NCBI GenBank assembly: GCA_034189385.1
Contig: JAXHVD010000011.1
Coordinates: forward strand, 81,388-145,387
Direction: 5' to 3'
Length of the DNA stretch: 64,000 bases
Source of the DNA: Thermodesulfobacteriota bacterium
GTDB taxonomy: Bacteria > Desulfobacterota > Desulfobacteria > Desulfobacterales > C00003060
The first letter of the stretch is position 1, and every line of letters starts with the position of its first letter. Made by a program: the position numbers and the translations under genes. Shown here piece by piece: positions 22,440-31,588 of the stretch. The notes beneath the pieces were generated by a model. The model was not told where the DNA came from, ran no database searches, and worked only from the letters and a program-made list of their open reading frames with translations.

Positions 22440-23576
22440 ATGCAGTTTTTAGAAACCCTTATTCTTGGAAACACGGTGTACGACTATGCCGTTGCAGTGG
22501 TCATCTTCATTGCCGCCGTATTGTTTTGCACCATGGCCAATCGCTTTCTTAAAAAGTACGCTTACTCTTGGGCCAAGAAGACCGCTAGTGACGTGGACGA
22601 CCTCATTGTGAAACGCATCTTCTCCCCTGTCACGTTTCTGATCCTCGTGGCTGGCATTGCCATGGCAAAGGGGCATTTGAAGGTTGCCGAGAGGGTTTCT
22701 TTCTGGATCGACAGGGTGTTGCTCGTCCTTGGTCTGGCCATCTTTTTCTTTCTCCTTATCCGCGTTTTCCAAGGGCTCACGGAAACCCTGGCCAGTGGGT
22801 ACAACAAACGATTGAAACAGGAGGGGCCGACGGGCGTTGAAGAACAGATAAACACCGTCAATCGGATCAAGAAACAGGTAGTGGAAATCGGAAACATGGT
22901 CCTTGGGGTCCTTGCCGTCCTGACGATCCTATCCAACTTGGGCCTGGATTTGAAGGCTATCTGGGCCTCACTGGGCATCGGTGGCATCGCCCTGGTTGTG
23001 GCCGTCCAGGAACCGCTGCGCAATCTCGTGGGAAGGGTTTACATCTTCAGCACAGGGATATTTGATGAAGGGCATTTCATTGTGTTCGGCGAGTCGGCCG
23101 GAACGGTGAAGCGCATATCCGCCTTTAGAACCTACCTGGAGCTTTTCACGGACATGACCACCGTATCGATCCCCAACGCAGACTTTGTCAAGGGTGTGGT
23201 CAAGACCTATTACGGCAGGACGAAGTTCATGTACAAATGGGATCTGGACGTTCCCTATGACGTTGCCCCAGGAAAAATCCAGGAACTGGTTGTACAGCTC
23301 AGGGAACTAGTCACGGGCAAGCCTGAGGTCAACAAAGACATGTGCTGGATCTATTTGGAACGCCTAGACCGTTATTCCAAGGTGGTGCGGGTCTGGTTTC
23401 AGGCAGGGCTTTCCAGTTGGGCCAAATCACTGTTTTATGGCAACCAGGTGCTGCACGAGATCCAGCTTGTTTTTGAATCCATGGGCATCCCTTTTGCTTT
23501 TCCCACGCAGACGCTCCTGGTAAACCCACAAGATCCAGCCCCTGTTGTGCTTCCAGAACCGGAGAGTAAGGCTTAG
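22440..23576 (+). CDS. Small-conductance mechanosensitive channel (MscS family)
   Basis: Several TM helices, ASLGIGGIALVVAVQ, IPNA, GIPFAFPTQTL. Confidence 0.88.
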   Translation: MQFLETLILGNTVYDYAVAVVIFIAAVLFCTMANRFLKKYAYSWAKKTASDVDDLIVKRIFSPVTFLILVAGIAMAKGHLKVAERVSFWIDRVLLVLGLAIFFFLLIRVFQGLTETLASGYNKRLKQEGPTGVEEQINTVNRIKKQVVEIGNMVLGVLAVLTILSNLGLDLKAIWASLGIGGIALVVAVQEPLRNLVGRVYIFSTGIFDEGHFIVFGESAGTVKRISAFRTYLELFTDMTTVSIPNADFVKGVVKTYYGRTKFMYKWDLDVPYDVAPGKIQELVVQLRELVTGKPEVNKDMCWIYLERLDRYSKVVRVWFQAGLSSWAKSLFYGNQVLHEIQLVFESMGIPFAFPTQTLLVNPQDPAPVVLPEPESKA

Positions 23577-23578
23577 CC

Positions 23579-25129
23579 CTACTTCTTCCTCAGGACCGCC
23601 ATCTCTTTGTCAACGGCCTTTCTCGTCTTGGCAAGTAGCTCGCGGTGATAGTCGCGAAAGGCGTAGGCCTTGGCCCGGTTTAGATACCCCTTTGCAGCCT
23701 TAAGATCGGCCATCGTCCCCTTGCTCAAAGCAAAATCAGCCTTGTGGAAGAGTACGACAAAGTCCACACTCCGGAGGCGAAGTTGAACGCTTTTGCGCGC
23801 CCCTTCTGTCGGGGCATAGGCCGATGCCTGACGCAAATACCTCTTGATCTTGGCCAGGTCGGGACCCTTGGGGTCGTTAATCGCTCCATCGGCCTTCTTC
23901 TGAAGGGAATTGAACAACAGGGGATAGACCTCTTGCTTGGTATAGACCTGGCGGATCGGATTGGGGGCCTTGATCCCGTCTAGACTCAGGACCAGTTCTG
24001 TTCCCGTAGGGGCAAATTTCCCTCTCCAAACCTCAAGGGCGCCAGGCGTGTTCTTGAGATAGAAGTTGTCCCGATTGGAAAGGCTTGCTGAAAAAATAAT
24101 GACAATCAAGACCGCCAGTGCGGCCAGCCCAGCCTTCATGGCGTTGCCCATGCCATCACCTGCTCGGGACAAGACAGCGGCAGGAGGAATCTCTTCAGCA
24201 ACCTCTGGCCCAGAAGGCGGGGAAACTGCCTTGGCAGGGATAGTCTCAAATTTTCTAAAGAGCAGGTCTCTGGGGAAGGCCTCGGTTTTCTTGACCTCGA
24301 CACCAGGCCCTGCTGTGGCATCAAAGGTCTTAAAAAGCAATGCCCTGATCCGCTTTGTCTCCTCCTTGCTATAACCAGAGACTATTGGCGGCGCCTTGGG
24401 GATCTTGACGGCCGCCTTTTTGGGGGCCTTGGCCGCCTTGGCCTTTACGGTGGCAAATTTCTTAAAAACCAGGTCCTTGATAGAAACCTTGGCCTTTTTT
24501 ACAGGTGCTGCCTTTTTAGCCTTGGCTGAAGACTTTTTCGGAGCCGCCTTTTTCTTTGTCTTCACGCTTGGCCCTGCTGTGGCATCAAAGGTCTTAAAAA
24601 GCAATGCCCTGATCCGCTTTGTCTCCTCCTTGCTATAACCAGAGACTATTGGCGGCGCCTTGGGGATCTTGATGGCCGCCTTTTTGGGGGCCTTGGCCGC
24701 CTTGGCCTTTACGGTGGCAAATTTCTTAAAAACCAGGTCCTTGATAGAAACCTTGGCCTTTTTTACAGCTGCTGCCTTTTTGGCAGGAGCAGCCTTCGTT
24801 GCCTTCACAGTCTTTTTGGGTTTGGCTTTCGGTTTTGCTGTCGCCTTGGCCACAATCTTCTCCTTTGGCTTGGTCGTTGTCTTTACCTTTGGTTTTGCTT
24901 TGACTGCCGTCGCTTTGGTCTTGGTTTTGGCAGGTGCCTTTGGTGCTGCTTTGGCCTTGGCAGGTGCGGCAGCCTTTCTTGCTGGAGTCGCCTTTTTTGT
25001 GGCCTTGGTCTGGCTTTTCAGGACCCTTTTCTTTGGTTCTGACGCCTTGACTGATGCTTTGGGTGCTGCTTTTTTCTTGGCTGTCGGCTTCTTCTTAGTG
25101 GTTGATTTGAGTAAGCTCTTTCTCCCCAT
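23579..25129 (-). CDS. Lys/Ala/Pro-rich (histone H1-like) protein with a single TM helix and a C-terminal domain
   Basis: AKAKAAPK-type low-complexity N-terminus; TM segment AGLAALAVLIVIIFSASL; GGGGG RBS. Confidence 0.75.
   Translation of the reverse strand: MGRKSLLKSTTKKKPTAKKKAAPKASVKASEPKKRVLKSQTKATKKATPARKAAAPAKAKAAPKAPAKTKTKATAVKAKPKVKTTTKPKEKIVAKATAKPKAKPKKTVKATKAAPAKKAAAVKKAKVSIKDLVFKKFATVKAKAAKAPKKAAIKIPKAPPIVSGYSKEETKRIRALLFKTFDATAGPSVKTKKKAAPKKSSAKAKKAAPVKKAKVSIKDLVFKKFATVKAKAAKAPKKAAVKIPKAPPIVSGYSKEETKRIRALLFKTFDATAGPGVEVKKTEAFPRDLLFRKFETIPAKAVSPPSGPEVAEEIPPAAVLSRAGDGMGNAMKAGLAALAVLIVIIFSASLSNRDNFYLKNTPGALEVWRGKFAPTGTELVLSLDGIKAPNPIRQVYTKQEVYPLLFNSLQKKADGAINDPKGPDLAKIKRYLRQASAYAPTEGARKSVQLRLRSVDFVVLFHKADFALSKGTMADLKAAKGYLNRAKAYAFRDYHRELLAKTRKAVDKEMAVLRKK
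24306..24781. repeat. Intragenic direct repeat, about 212 bp x2, period 264 bp
   Basis: 24306-24517 versus 24570-24781, near identical; two mismatches seen by eye. Confidence 0.9.
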
Positions 25130-25311
25130 AAAAACCCCCTACAGCGATCTGCGCATTATAAGGAAAAGCGCTACGATGATTCGGTATGAACCAAGACTTG
25201 GACTAACATTAGCTGCCTAGAAGCATAGACCCTATACTAAATTGTGTCCTCCTTGTAAAGGCTTTCTTTGGGAGAAACACCCGTTGGCATGGCCGACGGG
25301 GGCAGGTGGTA

Positions 25312-26001
25312 TCATCGGACGACAGCCTCTTGGACGTAATCTTCCAGTTTTCCCCTAAGGCCCTCGAAATCCTTGTCAGAATATGTGGCCTCTTTCATAA
25401 ACCTTCTATCCAGGGTCTTGGAGGGAACGAACTTCTGCAAGACATAGCGCTGAGCACCCTTGATCAAGGTCCCAATTTTTTTGAAATCAGCCTTGGTTAA
25501 GATAGATTTTACAACAGTGGTGCGGAATTCATGGTCAATGCCGGAATCCATGATCAGTTGAATGCTTTCCTTTATTCTTTTCGTGTCAATGGAGGATTTT
25601 GAGATTTGGCCATATTTCGGCAACGGGCCTTTCACGTCCATGGCCATATAGTCTATAAGCCTCTTTTCCACCAGCCTTGCCAAGACTTCAGGATGAGATC
25701 CGTTTGTATCTAGCTTGATCAAATAGGGCATCTCTTTGATCTCTTCCATGAACTCGACCAAGTCGGGCTGTATGGTAGGCTCACCGCCTGTGATGCAGAC
25801 AGCATCGAGCTTCCCCTCACGGGTTCGCAAAAAGGAAAGGACGTCTTCTTGGGCAAGGGGCTCTTGGAAGCGTTTGGGATCAACGAGTTCGGGGTTGTGA
25901 CAATAGGGGCATCGGAAGTTGCACCCTTGGGTGAACAGAACAGCACTAAGCCTTTCTGGATAGTCGATCAAAGAGAGCCGTTGCCAACCGCCCAGTTTCA
26001 T
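25312..26001 (-). CDS. nrdG: Anaerobic ribonucleotide reductase activase (radical SAM)
   Basis: GCNFRCPYCHN, ITGGEPT, KLDTNGS; adjacent to nrdD. Confidence 0.93.
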   Translation of the reverse strand: MKLGGWQRLSLIDYPERLSAVLFTQGCNFRCPYCHNPELVDPKRFQEPLAQEDVLSFLRTREGKLDAVCITGGEPTIQPDLVEFMEEIKEMPYLIKLDTNGSHPEVLARLVEKRLIDYMAMDVKGPLPKYGQISKSSIDTKRIKESIQLIMDSGIDHEFRTTVVKSILTKADFKKIGTLIKGAQRYVLQKFVPSKTLDRRFMKEATYSDKDFEGLRGKLEDYVQEAVVR

Positions 26002-26005
26002 GGCC

Positions 26006-28096
26006 CTAGAAATGAAAGACCTCTCTTGTCCGGTACTCTTCCTGCTTACCCTTGTTCCACTGCTTCACGGGGCGAAGATAGCCCACCACCCGGGAATATA
26101 TCTCACAGGGTGCTTCACACTTGGGACAGGCCGTCTGCTCTCCAGCTAAATATCCATGGGTCGGGCAGACACTAAAGGTAGGGCTGAACGTGAAATAGGG
26201 CAAACGGTAGTTTTCGCAGACCTTGCGGACCAGGCGCTTCACGCCATTGGGGTTGGTCACCCGTTCTCCGGCATAGGCATGAAATACCGTTCCACCCGTA
26301 TATTTGGCCTGGATCTCCTCCTGAAGATCGAGGGCCTCGAAGATATCATCGGTGTAGTTCACGGGCAGTTGGGTGGAGTTCGTGTAGAAGACAGGACGGT
26401 CCTTTTTCTTGTGTCCATTGCCGTTGGCACAGAGGATGTCTGGATACTTCTGACGATCGAGCTTTGCCAGCCTGAAAGAGGTCCCTTCTGCCGGTGTGGC
26501 TTCAAGATTATAGTTGTTTCCTGTCTCTTGCTGAAACTCGACCAGCTTGCCCCTCATGAAATCGAGGACCCTCTTAGTGAATCGCTGACCCTCTGGATGG
26601 CTGATGTCTGTGCCGAGCAGATTCAAACAGGCCTCATTCATCCCCACCAGGCCGATGGTTGAAAAGTGGTTCTTCCAATACTCATTAAAACGCTCTTTTA
26701 CCTTCCTTAGATAATACTTCGTATAGGGATAGAGACTCCCTTCTGTAAACTTCTCCAGGACTTTTCTCTTTATCTCCAAGCTCGCCTTGGCAAGACCCAT
26801 GAGGTTTTCCAGCCCCACGATGAATTCGTCCTCTGATTTGCTCAGGTGGCCGATCCTGGGCATATTGATAGTCACCACTCCAATGGAGCCGGTCAAGGGA
26901 TTGGAGCCGAACAGTCCGCCTCCCCGCAGCTCCAGTTCCCTGTTGTCAATGCGCAACCTGCAGCACATGCTCCTGGCATCTTCCGGGTTCATGTCGGAGT
27001 TTACAAAATTGGAAAAATAGGGCACACCGTACTTGGCTGTCATTTCCCATAGATAAGTCAGATTGGCATTCTCCCACTCAAAATCCTTTGTGATGTTATA
27101 GGTGGGAATGGGAAAGGTAAAAACCCTGCCTTTGGCATCGCCCTCTGCCATGACCTCCAAGAAGGCCTTATTAAAAAGGTCCATCTCTTCTTGAAAGTCC
27201 TTGTACGTTTCTTGTTGCATCTCCCCGCCGATGACAACCCCTTGATTGGCGTGATAGGCTGGGACCTTGACATCTAAGGTGACGTTGGTGAAGGGGGTCT
27301 GGAAACCGACCCTTGTGGGCACATTGATATTGAAGACAAACTCCTGGAGCGCCTGCTTGACCTCTCGGTAACTCAAGTTGTCATATTTTATGAACGGTGC
27401 CAGCAGGGTGTCGAAATTGGAAAAGGCCTGGGCCCCTGCTGCCTCCCCTTGAAGGGTATAGAAGAAATTGACAACCTGTCCCAAGGCGCTCCGGAGGTGT
27501 TTGGCGGGCTTGGTCTCCACCTTTCCTGATACCCCCCTGAATCCCTGCATCAAAAGATCAAAGAGGTCCCACCCAACGCAGTAGACAGAGAGGATGCTTA
27601 GATCGTGCATATGGAGATCCCCTTCCACATGGGCCTCCTTTATTTCCCGAGGATAGACCTCGCTCAACCAGTAGACTTTACTCACTTCAGAGGAGATATA
27701 ATTATTGAGTCCCTGGAGTGAATAAGCCATGTTGCTGTTTTCATTTATCTTCCAGTCGATCTTCTTAAGATACTGGTCGACCAGATCGATCTCCATCTTG
27801 TTTGCCAACTCTCGCAATCTGGCATGCTGATCACGATAGATAATGTATCTCTTGGCTGTCTTGCGATAGGGGGAACTGAGAAGGACCTCTTCAACAATGT
27901 CCTGCACCTCCTCTACGTTCATGATTTTGTCACCAAAGACCTTCTCTGCCAGGTTTAAGACTCTTATGGTGAGTTTTCTTGCGCCCTTGACATCAAATTC
28001 CCCTGTGGCCTCACCTGCCTTTTCAATGGCATTGGTGATCTTTTCGGCATTGAATTTGACATACCGGCCATTCCTCTTTCTGATCTTGCTGTGCAT
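26006..28096 (-). CDS. nrdD: Class III ribonucleoside-triphosphate reductase with ATP cone
   Basis: KIRKRNG ATP cone, SMCCRL, EATPAEG, CPTHGY...CPKC, YSRVVGYLRPV glycyl-radical site. Confidence 0.95.
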   Translation of the reverse strand: MHSKIRKRNGRYVKFNAEKITNAIEKAGEATGEFDVKGARKLTIRVLNLAEKVFGDKIMNVEEVQDIVEEVLLSSPYRKTAKRYIIYRDQHARLRELANKMEIDLVDQYLKKIDWKINENSNMAYSLQGLNNYISSEVSKVYWLSEVYPREIKEAHVEGDLHMHDLSILSVYCVGWDLFDLLMQGFRGVSGKVETKPAKHLRSALGQVVNFFYTLQGEAAGAQAFSNFDTLLAPFIKYDNLSYREVKQALQEFVFNINVPTRVGFQTPFTNVTLDVKVPAYHANQGVVIGGEMQQETYKDFQEEMDLFNKAFLEVMAEGDAKGRVFTFPIPTYNITKDFEWENANLTYLWEMTAKYGVPYFSNFVNSDMNPEDARSMCCRLRIDNRELELRGGGLFGSNPLTGSIGVVTINMPRIGHLSKSEDEFIVGLENLMGLAKASLEIKRKVLEKFTEGSLYPYTKYYLRKVKERFNEYWKNHFSTIGLVGMNEACLNLLGTDISHPEGQRFTKRVLDFMRGKLVEFQQETGNNYNLEATPAEGTSFRLAKLDRQKYPDILCANGNGHKKKDRPVFYTNSTQLPVNYTDDIFEALDLQEEIQAKYTGGTVFHAYAGERVTNPNGVKRLVRKVCENYRLPYFTFSPTFSVCPTHGYLAGEQTACPKCEAPCEIYSRVVGYLRPVKQWNKGKQEEYRTREVFHF

Positions 28097-28128
28097 GCCC
28101 TTTCCCCCTGTTGTGGAGAGCCGTTTTT

Positions 28129-28176
28129 TCACAATATGTTGTAGCGAGGATGTTCTTATACTACCATATGTGGCGC
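28129..28176. promoter_or_regulatory. Two tandem NrdR boxes
   Basis: TCACAATATGTTGTAG (28129-28144) and CTACCATATGTGGCGC (28161-28176), 32 bp apart, match acaCwAtATaTwGtgt upstream of nrdD. Confidence 0.8.
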
Positions 28177-28307
28177 ATTGCAAGAGAAAAAAATGGGCCA
28201 TGGGGAAATTTCGCTGAAAGGGCTCCTCCCGGAAGAGGGGCTGTGGCAGGGGAGTCTGGTACGGGAAAACAGGAGGAGTGGCCCCAAGTGCCTCCACCCT
28301 TAAGCGT

Positions 28308-28619
28308 CTAAGGCCCCTTGAGCTGCAGCAGGTTGTTGACAGCGACCACGCCGTCCACGCTTTGGGCTCTTGTTCCCGCCATTTGCATCTGTTCCGCTGT
28401 GTCCACGGCCCCTAATAAGGTAACCGTTCCCTTAAAGGTGTGCACACTGACGGCAAACCCCTTGAGCACGTCGTCCTTGTAGAGTTTAGCCTTGACTTTA
28501 GTGGTAATGGTGGCGTCGTCGATTACCTGGCCAGGCGATCTTCCCGCAGGGGTGCTACAGGCGGCCACGGCCACCAGGATTGCCAAAACAAGTAGACTCG
28601 CAATCCGTCCCTTTCCCAT
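28308..28619 (-). CDS. BON domain lipoprotein
   Basis: Lipobox VAAC; DDATITTKVKAKL; GTVTLLG; VDGVVAVNN; AGGAGG RBS. Confidence 0.9.
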   Translation of the reverse strand: MGKGRIASLLVLAILVAVAACSTPAGRSPGQVIDDATITTKVKAKLYKDDVLKGFAVSVHTFKGTVTLLGAVDTAEQMQMAGTRAQSVDGVVAVNNLLQLKGP

Positions 28620-29080
28620 CGTCAACCTCCTGAGCGGTTCGTTCATGGCGCAAATGATATGAGGAAACCCCATGCTATGCGGAAAAAGTGTGTGGTCGAA
28701 AGACTATCCAAAAGCCCTAGTGAAGTCAACGGTGACTCCTAAAAAACGGTCGGCCCCACGATAGCCCATAAGGTAGCACCGTTTCAGCCTATCTCACGAA
28801 ACAAGCCAAACAGCTAAGGCCGACATTCTATCAAGGACACATCTTGATGCCTTCCCGATGAAAAATGCACAGACAAAACGCAAACAGGGGCGGCCTTGAA
28901 ACTTCACCACTAATTTGCCATGCTACGAGCAAGGGGACTAAGACGGGCCAAGAGGGCCTTTAGGACCTTCATATGACATTTTTGCGAAAACCTGAATCGC
29001 TACTTTCTCCATTTTGGCCTAAAAGACCCTGTCCTTTGTTCAACCTATTGCTCGGACACGGCACGAGGTAGCGTAAGACC

Positions 29081-29824
29081 ATGGGAAAACGAAAAACCCC
29101 AAGACAGCTCAGCAAGCTGATGCATTACGTCCTCGGACGACGGCCCGATGAATTCGGATTGGTTCCCAACGACGAGGGGTTTGTGCGCATCAAGGACTTG
29201 CTCAAGGCCTTGTCAGAAGAACCGGGGTGGGGATACGTCCGAAGATCCCACGTCCATGAGGTCCTCCTCACCTCTTCAAAGGATGCCTTCGTGGTAGAGG
29301 CAGACTGCATTAGGGATGGCAGCCGTGACGATGCGGTCAGCCCGGTAGCTGGCGTTGTGCCGCCCAAGCTCCTGTACCACGCCTTGCGGCGCAAGGCCTA
29401 TCCTGTGGTCTGTGAGAAGGGAATCCATCCCATGGGACAACACCACGTCTTTCTGGCAACAACCAAAGAGATGGCCCTTCGCATGGGAACCAGGAGAGAC
29501 CCTAAACCGGTCTTGCTCACGGTCCAGGCCCGAAGGGCCTCTGAGGCAGGGGTGACATTTTCCAGGCAGGGCGAACTGCTCTACAGGGCCGATCATGTTC
29601 CTGTGGGATATTTTTCGGGCCCGCCCCTTCCCAAGGAGAAGAAAGAGGCCCCAAAAGCCAAAAAGGAACGCCCCCTTGCGCCAGAAGCCCTGGCAGGAAG
29701 TTTTGCTCTGGACATGGAGCGTTCGCAGGAGCTCCAACAGCAGCGGCTGAAAAAAAAGGGGCTGAAGAAGGACATCCAGTGGAAGAAGGATGCCCGGAAG
29801 CTAAGACGCAAGCACAGGTCATAA
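29081..29824 (+). CDS. RNA 2'-phosphotransferase (Tpt1/KptA)-like protein with degenerate motifs
   Basis: LSKLMHYVLGRRPDEFGL..EGFV, LLYH, VFLAT, ALRMG, VLLTVQA, GVTF. Confidence 0.75.
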   Translation: MGKRKTPRQLSKLMHYVLGRRPDEFGLVPNDEGFVRIKDLLKALSEEPGWGYVRRSHVHEVLLTSSKDAFVVEADCIRDGSRDDAVSPVAGVVPPKLLYHALRRKAYPVVCEKGIHPMGQHHVFLATTKEMALRMGTRRDPKPVLLTVQARRASEAGVTFSRQGELLYRADHVPVGYFSGPPLPKEKKEAPKAKKERPLAPEALAGSFALDMERSQELQQQRLKKKGLKKDIQWKKDARKLRRKHRS

Positions 29825-29928
29825 ATCGCCCCCCTATCTCTCTCACAGAGCCCGTATCACCATAAAGGCCCTCATGAGACGAGGGCGCGGGGAGAGCACT
29901 GGGCCGAGAAGGACGTTACAGAAAAGAG

Positions 29929-31374
29929 ATGAAGATCACACGCCATTTGTATGGGCTTTCCTCCATTGGTCCTGTCTATCTTGTGGGCGGTTCCGTCCGC
30001 GATGCCATCCTCGGTCGCCCTTCCAAGGACTACGATGTTGCAGTGCCTCGTAACGCCAAGGCCTTTGCAAAAGAGGTGGCCAAGCGGATGGGCGCTCGGG
30101 TCATTGAAATCGGAAAAAACGACAGGACCGTGCACCGGGTCGTTTTGGGAAAAGAGATCCTCGATTTTTCGCCTATGGAGGAAGACGGCATAGAAAAGGA
30201 TTTGAAAAGACGAGACTTCACCATCAATGCCATGGCCTATGACCTGCAGTCTAACAGCCTTATTGATCCTGTTGGCGCCTTGGACGACATACGGTCAAGA
30301 ACCATCAGGCTCACTTCAGAAAAGGCGGTCTTGGAGGACCCTGTGAGGATGGTTAGGGCATTTCGGTTTGCTGCGGTCCTAGGTTTTGCCATCGCCCCGG
30401 AAACCTTGGCAGCTATCACCAGACATCGCGGGCTGATTGCCAGGTCGGCGAAAGAGCGCATCAGTGCAGAGGTCATAAGCATGATGGAGGCCGAAAGGTC
30501 CTTTCCCTCCCTCAGGGAGATGGACCGGACCGGCCTCCTTGCGCAAATCATCCCTGAGCTTGAGTCCTGTCGCGCCTGCCTGCAAAATGAGATCCATGGA
30601 CGGGATGTATTTGAACATGCCATGGGGACCTATGAGGAGATAGAATCGATCCTGAGTCCACCACCAGCCAACGACCTGTGGCCCGAGTTTTCTGCACCGA
30701 TTCAGGCCTATCTTGAAAAGGGAGGCCGAAGGGGCCTTTTAAAGTGGGCCGCCTTGCTTCACGACGTAGGGAAACCTGAGACACGCAGTGTTGATCCCAC
30801 TGGCAAGGTCCGGTTTTTACGTCACGAACAGGTCGGGGCGGCCATGGTGAGAGATATTTGTAGCAGGCTGCGGATGTCTGGTCAGAACCGTTCATACATC
30901 ACCTTCGTGGTTCAAAAACACCTCCTTCCCCTGTTCCTGTTCCACGCCTTTGAGCGACAGAGCCTTACCTCGAAAGGCATGGTGCGCTTTGTCACAAAAT
31001 ACCAAGACGACATCATCGGGCTCTTGATACACAGCCTCGCCGATGAGCGTGCCAAGGCAAGGGCGAGTGACGAATCGATCTGCAAATTGGTACATTTTTC
31101 GCATAAGATCATATCCACGTATTTCCGCCATCTCAAACCCAAGATGGCAGAACCCAAACTGATTAACGGGCACGATTTGATGGGGCATTTCAATCTAAAA
31201 CCATCTAAAGGTCTAGGCCGGTTGTTGCAGAGAGTGGAAGAAGCCCGGTTGAAGGGGGAGGTGAAGACCAAGGAAGAGGCCATGGAACTGGTCGGCACAT
31301 GGCTGAAATTGGAGGGCGATGCCGGGATCGAACCGGCGACACCAAGCTCCGGAGGCTTGTGCTCTATCCGCTGA
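29929..31374 (+). CDS. CCA-adding enzyme/poly(A) polymerase family nucleotidyltransferase with HD domain
   Basis: YLVGGSVRD, DYD, DLKRRDFTINAMA, EDPVRMVRAFRF, ERI, LLHDVGK, LINGHDLM. Confidence 0.9.
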   Translation: MKITRHLYGLSSIGPVYLVGGSVRDAILGRPSKDYDVAVPRNAKAFAKEVAKRMGARVIEIGKNDRTVHRVVLGKEILDFSPMEEDGIEKDLKRRDFTINAMAYDLQSNSLIDPVGALDDIRSRTIRLTSEKAVLEDPVRMVRAFRFAAVLGFAIAPETLAAITRHRGLIARSAKERISAEVISMMEAERSFPSLREMDRTGLLAQIIPELESCRACLQNEIHGRDVFEHAMGTYEEIESILSPPPANDLWPEFSAPIQAYLEKGGRRGLLKWAALLHDVGKPETRSVDPTGKVRFLRHEQVGAAMVRDICSRLRMSGQNRSYITFVVQKHLLPLFLFHAFERQSLTSKGMVRFVTKYQDDIIGLLIHSLADERAKARASDESICKLVHFSHKIISTYFRHLKPKMAEPKLINGHDLMGHFNLKPSKGLGRLLQRVEEARLKGEVKTKEEAMELVGTWLKLEGDAGIEPATPSSGGLCSIR

Positions 31375-31385
31375 GCTAATCGCCC
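31310..31385 (-). tRNA. tRNA-Arg(CCG)
   Basis: GGGCGATTAGCTCAGCGGATAGAGCACAAGCCT-CCG-GAGCTTGGTGTCGCCGGTTCGATCCCGGCATCGCCCTCCA; 76 nt cloverleaf with encoded CCA. Confidence 0.93.
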
Positions 31386-31588
31386 GACTCCGTAGACCAT
31401 ACCATGTTGCCCTGTCGTGTCAAGGGGGGTGGGGCGTCAGGGCGTGTAGGGGAAAAGAGATCGGCATTTTTCTTGAATTTCCAACATGGTGTGATTATAT
31501 TGGCCATATCCAGTCAAAAAATCTCAGATAGTCCCCATGTTTTTGGAACAGCAACAGGGGCCCCTATCAGAGACGGAAGTAGGAGATT

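Noticed and set aside
24306..24781. DGR template/variable repeat or CRISPR array
   Set aside because: It is an in-frame coding duplication with only two differences and no spacers; no cas genes are present.
28097..28297. N-terminal extension of NrdD in the ORF track
   Set aside because: It overlaps the NrdR boxes; the ATP cone begins at ATG 28096, which has an RBS.
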